Shown: piece after piece, positions 58,304-64,000 of the stretch
Layout of the letters: each line of letters starts with the position of its first letter
Numbering within the stretch: the first letter of the stretch is position 1
DNA from: Planctomycetota bacterium
GTDB lineage: Bacteria; Planctomycetota; UBA8108; SXIK01
Assembly: GCA_965223265.1 (NCBI GenBank)
Contig: OZ244999.1
Location: 6,592,001-6,656,000 of the forward strand
Length of the DNA stretch: 64,000 bases
Reading direction: 5' to 3'
The notes under the pieces: generated by a model
What the model was told of the DNA's origin: nothing
The model's input: only the letters and a program-made list of their open reading frames with translations
Databases searched by the model: none
Made by a program: the position numbers and the translations under genes

Positions 58304-61006
58304 TCAATCGACATATAGGAATTCGTTCGTTCCCAAAAGAGCATGGCACAGATCCGTGAGCGCGATCAACTCGTGATCAGGAGCTTTTGTCACCGCCTGC
58401 GACGCGCGTCCAGGTTGCGGAGACGCAGTCGCCGATTCTTCCGTTGCCGCGGAGGTCGCGATCGAATGTTCCACTCTTTGTGCCAGGAAAGACTTGCTGC
58501 GCTCAATCTCACTCGGCGCGGGCCGACGGCCGAACGCTAGTTGCCAGGCACGGACAATCTGGTCGGCCCTGCTGCTGCCAGCTTCGCGGCGCAGCCGCCG
58601 CGCGAATCGTTCGGCCGCGCGCAGCGCAAAACCGCTATTCATGAGCATGAGCGACTGTGTAGAAACCGTCGACGACGTCCGCCGCTCACAATTCACTTCC
58701 ATGACGGGCATGTCGAATTGTCTCAGCATCGACACCGGCATGCTGCGTCGCACTTGAGCATAGAGAGTGCGCCGATTCCTTTCAAGCCGCGCCGCGGAGT
58801 CATGGTCGGAAGATTCAATGCTCTTTTCATCGGCGGCCGGGAGCGGACCAACGACGATTTGTCCGACCTCATCTTCGACGACAGGCACCGGAGGGCCGAA
58901 CATCTTTGCGTTCAACACACCGCTGACAGCGAGGATTTGGTCGCGGATCACCTCCGCCTCCAGGCGCCGTATCGGAAAGCGCCAGTAAGCGACGTTGCCT
59001 GCGTCGATCGAGTCGCGAACCGGATCGCGCCGCGAGCGTTGACGGTAAACCGTCGAGGTCATGATGAGCTTATGGAGGCGCTTCACACTCCAACCGCTGG
59101 CCACGAACTCGCTCGCCAGCCAGTCGAGCAACTCGGGATGCGTCGGCAGGTCTCCCAAGCGGCCGAAGTCAGCGGGCGTCGCGACGAGCCCTCGTCCAAA
59201 ATGGTGCATCCAAACACGATTCACGATCACGCGCGCGACGAGAGGGTGCTCGCCCGAAGTCAGGTAGTGCGCAAACGCTAGGCGGCGCCCCGTCGACGGC
59301 AAGCCCGAGTCATCAGGTGCGATCTCGAGCCGCTGCCCCTCTGGCCTGGCGACCGACAACCCGCCCGGTCCGATCGCATGCCGCGGCTGACTCACGTCGC
59401 CGCGATGCAGCAGGTGCGTCGTCGGCACCTGGCCGGGAACCTCGGTCAACACTCGTAGGAAATCCTCGAACGGCTTACGAGCACGGATGGCGTTCATCCG
59501 CTCGTCATACTTCTTCAGATCGTCCGCTGACGCTTGGTTGTACTGATAGAGATTACCTGCGTGGAGACGCAAGAACGGATATCGGCGAAAGATCTCCTTT
59601 TGCTCTTCGGTCCGCTTGTCGCCTGGCGTGTAGTAGGCAACACGAATGGCTTCGCGTCGCGAGGCCTCAAACTTTTCGAGCTCTTTGTCGAGCGCGGCGG
59701 CGATGTATTGCTTCTGCTTTGCGGCCCGCTCGGCGGCAACTGCTTGTGCTTCCGCTTCGATCGCCGCCGCGCTCGTACGGTCATCATCGGTGGCCAGAGA
59801 AATTCGCCGCGCAGCCGGCACACGCCAATTCTTGGCGTCATACGCCGGCTCGAAGATAGCACGCACGCTGTAGTAGTCGGTCTGAAGAATCGGATCGTGG
59901 CGATGGTCATGACAGCGGGCGCAATCGAGCGTCAAGCCGAGCAGCGCGCCGGAGACGATCTTGATGGTGTCGGCGACGACCTGCTGGCGGGCCGCCTGTT
60001 GATCCGGCGCGCCAGACCCCGTGCCATCCGCCGCCATACGCAAGAATCCGGTCGCCGTGAGCTTCTCGATCGCCTCAGAGCTCAATCTCTCATAAGGCGG
60101 CGCCACCAGCTCGTCTCCCGCCAACTGCTCAACGATGAACTGATCGAATGGTTTGTCAGCGTTGAACGAACGCACAACATAGTCGCGATACTTGTAGGCA
60201 AAACTCCTGACCGGATCGGAGATGGTGTAGCCCTCCGAGTCGGCATACCCTGCGACATCGAGCCAATGGCGCCCCCACCGCTCCCCGTAACGCGGCGATG
60301 CGAGTAGTCGATCGACCGCACGTTCGTACGCGCCCACACCCGTGTCGGCCAAGAGCTCATGGACTTCATCAGGCGTCGGCGGTAGTCCGGTCAGGTCGAG
60401 CGCGGCGCGGCGCAAGAGAGTCGTGTGCTCGGCGTCGCGCGAAAACGTCAAACCCTGCGCCTCCATCGCCGCGACGAGGAACGCATCCACCGGCGTTCGC
60501 ACACGGTCCTTCGACACGACTTCGGGAACCGACGGGCGGTGAAGAGGCTGAAACGACCAAAACTCACGGTCTTCTGGCGTGATGCCGATTCCGGGCGCCA
60601 GCTGTTCTGGTTCCGGGCGTGCAGTCTGTGCCCCGCCGGCGATCCAATCGCGTATCAACGCGACCTCTTCGTCCTCGAGCTTCTTCTCGCGCGGCGGCAT
60701 CTCGCCGCTGCGGATGCGGGTCAAAAGCAGACTCGCGTTCGGCTTCCCCGGCGCGATGGCTGGCCCGGAGTCACCACCTTTGACACCCAAGCGGCGCAGG
60801 CGCAAATCGAGACCGCCTTCGATTTCTGCTTCGCCACCGTGACAGTCAAAGCAGTAGATCTTGAAGATCGGCCGGATGTGTTTCTCGAAACTAAGTGAAC
60901 TAGCTTCCGCACCAGCGACAGTCGCTGGCACCGCCGCTCCCGCGGCGCCGGCAAACAGCACAAGCAACGCGGCGGCTGAGAAGCGTTGGGCGGAAGGAAG
61001 AAACAT
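58304..61006 (-). CDS. planctomycete cytochrome c / DUF1549-DUF1553 (PSD1) protein
   Basis: CFDCH, WSFQP, YGERWGRHWLD, CARCHDH, HPELLDWLA, NEFLYVD. Confidence 0.93.
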   Translation of the reverse strand: MFLPSAQRFSAAALLVLFAGAAGAAVPATVAGAEASSLSFEKHIRPIFKIYCFDCHGGEAEIEGGLDLRLRRLGVKGGDSGPAIAPGKPNASLLLTRIRSGEMPPREKKLEDEEVALIRDWIAGGAQTARPEPEQLAPGIGITPEDREFWSFQPLHRPSVPEVVSKDRVRTPVDAFLVAAMEAQGLTFSRDAEHTTLLRRAALDLTGLPPTPDEVHELLADTGVGAYERAVDRLLASPRYGERWGRHWLDVAGYADSEGYTISDPVRSFAYKYRDYVVRSFNADKPFDQFIVEQLAGDELVAPPYERLSSEAIEKLTATGFLRMAADGTGSGAPDQQAARQQVVADTIKIVSGALLGLTLDCARCHDHRHDPILQTDYYSVRAIFEPAYDAKNWRVPAARRISLATDDDRTSAAAIEAEAQAVAAERAAKQKQYIAAALDKELEKFEASRREAIRVAYYTPGDKRTEEQKEIFRRYPFLRLHAGNLYQYNQASADDLKKYDERMNAIRARKPFEDFLRVLTEVPGQVPTTHLLHRGDVSQPRHAIGPGGLSVARPEGQRLEIAPDDSGLPSTGRRLAFAHYLTSGEHPLVARVIVNRVWMHHFGRGLVATPADFGRLGDLPTHPELLDWLASEFVASGWSVKRLHKLIMTSTVYRQRSRRDPVRDSIDAGNVAYWRFPIRRLEAEVIRDQILAVSGVLNAKMFGPPVPVVEDEVGQIVVGPLPAADEKSIESSDHDSAARLERNRRTLYAQVRRSMPVSMLRQFDMPVMEVNCERRTSSTVSTQSLMLMNSGFALRAAERFARRLRREAGSSRADQIVRAWQLAFGRRPAPSEIERSKSFLAQRVEHSIATSAATEESATASPQPGRASQAVTKAPDHELIALTDLCHALLGTNEFLYVD

Positions 61007-61369
61007 GAGAGCTCCGTTCGGTCGAACATCCGTGACGGCGAGTAGAAATCGACGGTATCCGCCCGCAAACGCAGCAGCAAGTCAAAACAGAACGGCGGCT
61101 GAGGGTCGAGTTTGACCATCTCGCGTCGAGCCGGGGAGCGCCAGAAGCGCCGAGGGCAATGAGCGACTCCGGAGCGACCCCACACTGGCCGAGGGACGAG
61201 CTTGGGCAGCCGCGCTCCCCGAAAATTCGACTCGAACTCGGCGACAAGAGGCCCGTCGAGACGAATTTTGTCTGCAACCGGATCCGTCAGTCGTTGGGAG
61301 GTGCACGAGCCGAATGAACAGCCCGTTGAGGAGTCACCCTCCCAACACATAGCGAAAGGTAGAGAACAA

Positions 61370-63583
61370 ATGCCCCGCAACGATCGACAACGTTTTCGTC
61401 GCCGGATCAAATCCCCGCTGCCGACCATCGCCATCCTCGCCTGCTTCGCCGTCTTGTCGCCGCCTGCTGCAGCGCAGATCAAGACCTGGAGAGCCGGTGG
61501 ATCCGATCTCTGGTCGCATGGATCGAACTGGACTCCGAGCGGCGTCCCCGAGATCAACGAAGGAGTCGTCATCGACGTTGCGCGCCTCGTACTCCTCGAT
61601 GAAGATTCAGCGGCACTCGCCGGAATCGCGGTCGTCAACGGCGGCGCTCTGGTGACAAACGATTTCGAACTCCAAGTGGATCGAGGCACTGGTGTGACTC
61701 GCGTCCAGCGGAGTGGATCTCAGATTGTCGCGTCGAGAAACTCCAGTCCCAAAGACGCCTCCCTGCGTACGACAATCCTTCAGGTCATGGACGATGGAGC
61801 CTTAACCATGAACGGAGGACGTGCCGTGGTCAACCGCAGCGTGGCACTCGTTCGGCGCGGGCGAATCGACGGCCACGGGACCATGATTGTGCGCGGGGAC
61901 CAGGTCTCAAAGCTCTCAAACGCTGGGCTGATCGTCTCCCGAGACGGTCGCCTGGAGATCGTCTCGGAAGGTGAAGGCAGTTTCGATCTCGACGCCGGCG
62001 GCGAAGGGAGTCTGCAGGTTACGACCGGTTCAGAGCTCGTCATCAGCAGCGACGTGCGCGACACGTTTGGGAGCTCGATCCACATCGCTGGGGACGCCCT
62101 GCTCAGGATTGACGCCGGTCTGAAGCTCACCGGCTTCGATCCAGGTCAATTGATCTTCGAGGCAGGCGACGAGGTCGCTCGCCTCGAAGGTGGACACTAC
62201 GTCAGCCACGGTGAGGTCCTAGTTCGTAGCGGCACCGTGCACCTCGACGTCGCGTCCTTCATCAACGAATCTGGGGGCAGCATAGACGTCGACGCAGAGA
62301 CAGAAATGTTTCTCGGCACAACGCTGGAACAACGAGGTACGCTCACGCTCACGGGTGGTACGGTGTCAGGAAACCAAATTGTCAACAGCGGCGAGATCAT
62401 GGGCTACGGGCGCATCCTGACCGTCGATATCGACAATAACGGCACGCTGTCAGGTCGAGGTGGTCGGCTGATCATCGACACGGCAGCACGATTTCCAGAT
62501 ATCGACGGATCGCAGGCTGGCGGCCGGATCAACGCCATCAAAGGTGACGTCGAAGTGAGTTTTCCTGCCGACAGCGCCGCTGTCTTCTCGGGTCACCTGC
62601 GTGTGTCGAACGGGAACACGTTCTTCGTGGGTGGCCACACGGTTCTTCTTGGGGAGAGAGCAACGGCGCGTTTCGCGGGCGGCAATTTCGTCGGCGGCGG
62701 TCTCACTCAGAACCCGGGCTCTGGCCCGATCATCGTCGAGGGGGACGCCGAATCGAAAATCGACTCACGCGCCCTCAGCCTACTCAACGAGTCGGTAAAG
62801 CTGGGGGCACCCCTGCGCTTGCTGGGCCGCACCGCGATCAGTGGGTCGGCTCAGATCACGGGAGCCGGTGGGTTGATCATCGATCGAGCTGGGGTGGTGG
62901 AGACGCGGGACGGCGCCGTTATCAGCACCGCCCTCGCAAACGAAGGGGAACTTACTGTCGGCCATGAAATCGACGGACCGAGCCTCTTGACGATCGATCA
63001 GTACTTGCACACCGGACGGCTGAGACTTGACTTCGCGCGAGCGGAGAAGGGGGGCTACGACCGCGTCCTCGTGATGGGCAACGTCAAGCTGGACGGGGGA
63101 ACGCTGGAAATCAACTTCGTCGACGGATATCGCCCGCAGCCCGGCGACGCTTTCGCTGTCATGACGGCGGTTGGCTCGATCGAAGGCGGATTCACAACGC
63201 TCGACATCCCCGAGCTCGGCGACGCTCTGCACGCACGCGTAGACGTCGAGGTCAGCGGCGTCACCGTGGTCTTCACCAGCGAGCTTGGCGAGGCAGGCTT
63301 CCAGCGTCCGGGCGACTGCAATCAAGATGGCGAGCTCGATCTCTCCGACCCTCTCTGCACTCTCAGGCACCTCTTTCAGGCGACTTCAGACCCGGCGCCG
63401 TGCGACGGGGGTGCCTTCGGCGCCGGCACGACAACCCTACTCGACAACAACGGCGACGGCAGCGTCGATCTCTCTGACGCCGTCTACATGCTGTCGTTTC
63501 TTTTCACCTCCGGTGCCGAGCCAGTTCTCGGCGGATTCAAATGCGTCAGGATCTCGGGCTGTCCGAACGCATGCCCACTTTAG
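61370..63583 (+). CDS. secreted Gly-rich beta-repeat (autotransporter-passenger-like) protein with a C-terminal dockerin-like module
   Basis: signal peptide ending PAAA-Q; W..GSNW motif; GYDRVLV..LDGGTL; QRPGDCNQDGELDLSD...DNNGDGSVDLSD. Confidence 0.8.
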   Translation: MPRNDRQRFRRRIKSPLPTIAILACFAVLSPPAAAQIKTWRAGGSDLWSHGSNWTPSGVPEINEGVVIDVARLVLLDEDSAALAGIAVVNGGALVTNDFELQVDRGTGVTRVQRSGSQIVASRNSSPKDASLRTTILQVMDDGALTMNGGRAVVNRSVALVRRGRIDGHGTMIVRGDQVSKLSNAGLIVSRDGRLEIVSEGEGSFDLDAGGEGSLQVTTGSELVISSDVRDTFGSSIHIAGDALLRIDAGLKLTGFDPGQLIFEAGDEVARLEGGHYVSHGEVLVRSGTVHLDVASFINESGGSIDVDAETEMFLGTTLEQRGTLTLTGGTVSGNQIVNSGEIMGYGRILTVDIDNNGTLSGRGGRLIIDTAARFPDIDGSQAGGRINAIKGDVEVSFPADSAAVFSGHLRVSNGNTFFVGGHTVLLGERATARFAGGNFVGGGLTQNPGSGPIIVEGDAESKIDSRALSLLNESVKLGAPLRLLGRTAISGSAQITGAGGLIIDRAGVVETRDGAVISTALANEGELTVGHEIDGPSLLTIDQYLHTGRLRLDFARAEKGGYDRVLVMGNVKLDGGTLEINFVDGYRPQPGDAFAVMTAVGSIEGGFTTLDIPELGDALHARVDVEVSGVTVVFTSELGEAGFQRPGDCNQDGELDLSDPLCTLRHLFQATSDPAPCDGGAFGAGTTTLLDNNGDGSVDLSDAVYMLSFLFTSGAEPVLGGFKCVRISGCPNACPL

Positions 63584-63742
63584 CGCCGCGCTGAGTAGAA
63601 GACTCCTTAGACTGAACACACTTCGCCGATCACGGCAGGCGACGGCCATCGAGCCGATGCCTGCCGTGTCGTTTGCGTAGCAGAAACCGTGACGTTATTC
63701 TGTCTGCCGCCAATTCCATTGACACGAAGGACGAATCGAGCG

Positions 63743-64000
63743 ATGCACAAACTAGCTGAAGTGATGAAGGAGCTTTCGAGGCACGGCAGCGAGACAGTCA
63801 GGAAGACTCTCAGACGACACGGCGCTTCCGAACACATCCTTGGTGTCAAGATCGCGGATCTTAAGGTCATTGCCAAAGAAATCAAAGGCAATCAAGATCT
63901 CGCGATGGAGCTCTACCGAACCGGAATCGGAGACGCCCAATACCTTGCCGGTCTGGTGGCTGACGGTCGCGTCATGTCGAGGAAAGAACTAGAGTCATGG
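63743..64000 (+). CDS. DNA alkylation repair (AlkD-like) protein, truncated by the window end
   Basis: own translation: MHKLAEVMKELSRHGSETVRKTLRRHGA..LGVKIADLKVIAKEIKGNQDLAMELYRTG..DAQYLAGL; open to the end of the window. Confidence 0.78.
   Translation, partial: MHKLAEVMKELSRHGSETVRKTLRRHGASEHILGVKIADLKVIAKEIKGNQDLAMELYRTGIGDAQYLAGLVADGRVMSRKELESW

Noticed and set aside
1-64000. Selenoprotein genes (in-frame UGA plus SECIS) suggested by selA
   Set aside because: No recognisable protein in the window appears to be interrupted by UGA; this was not exhaustively scanned.

Overview
GC-rich bacterial chromosome window, very likely from a Planctomycetota member. Support comes from a DUF1501 plus DUF1549/DUF1553 cytochrome-c pair, planctomycete-type C-terminal dockerin-like modules, a PEP-CTERM protein and several Ser/Thr kinases. 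It carries housekeeping and signalling genes: a MerR regulator, a dynamin-like GTPase, an rnpA-yidD fusion, lolCE-lolD, an FHA-GAF-HD-GYP protein, two kinases, manA, flgM, an RNase HII-like gene, a PilZ protein, priA, selA and pfk. It also has a methyltransferase-bshC-bshB1-bshA bacillithiol cluster, a two-gene NRPS, one complete two-ORF IS with terminal inverted repeats and a 9-bp target duplication, and two copies of a hairpin MITE. The most notable candidates are: (1) an unannotated ~330-nt highly structured RNA divergent from flgM (19651-19979); (2) a secreted FG-GAP/dockerin protein with a phosphohistidine plus ATP-grasp dikinase module resembling plant glucan/phosphoglucan water dikinases; (3) an NRPS whose starter resembles an oxalate-CoA ligase fused to a carrier domain; (4) a probable N-methyl-bacillithiol pathway. 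All family assignments come from motif recognition by eye; no database searches were run.
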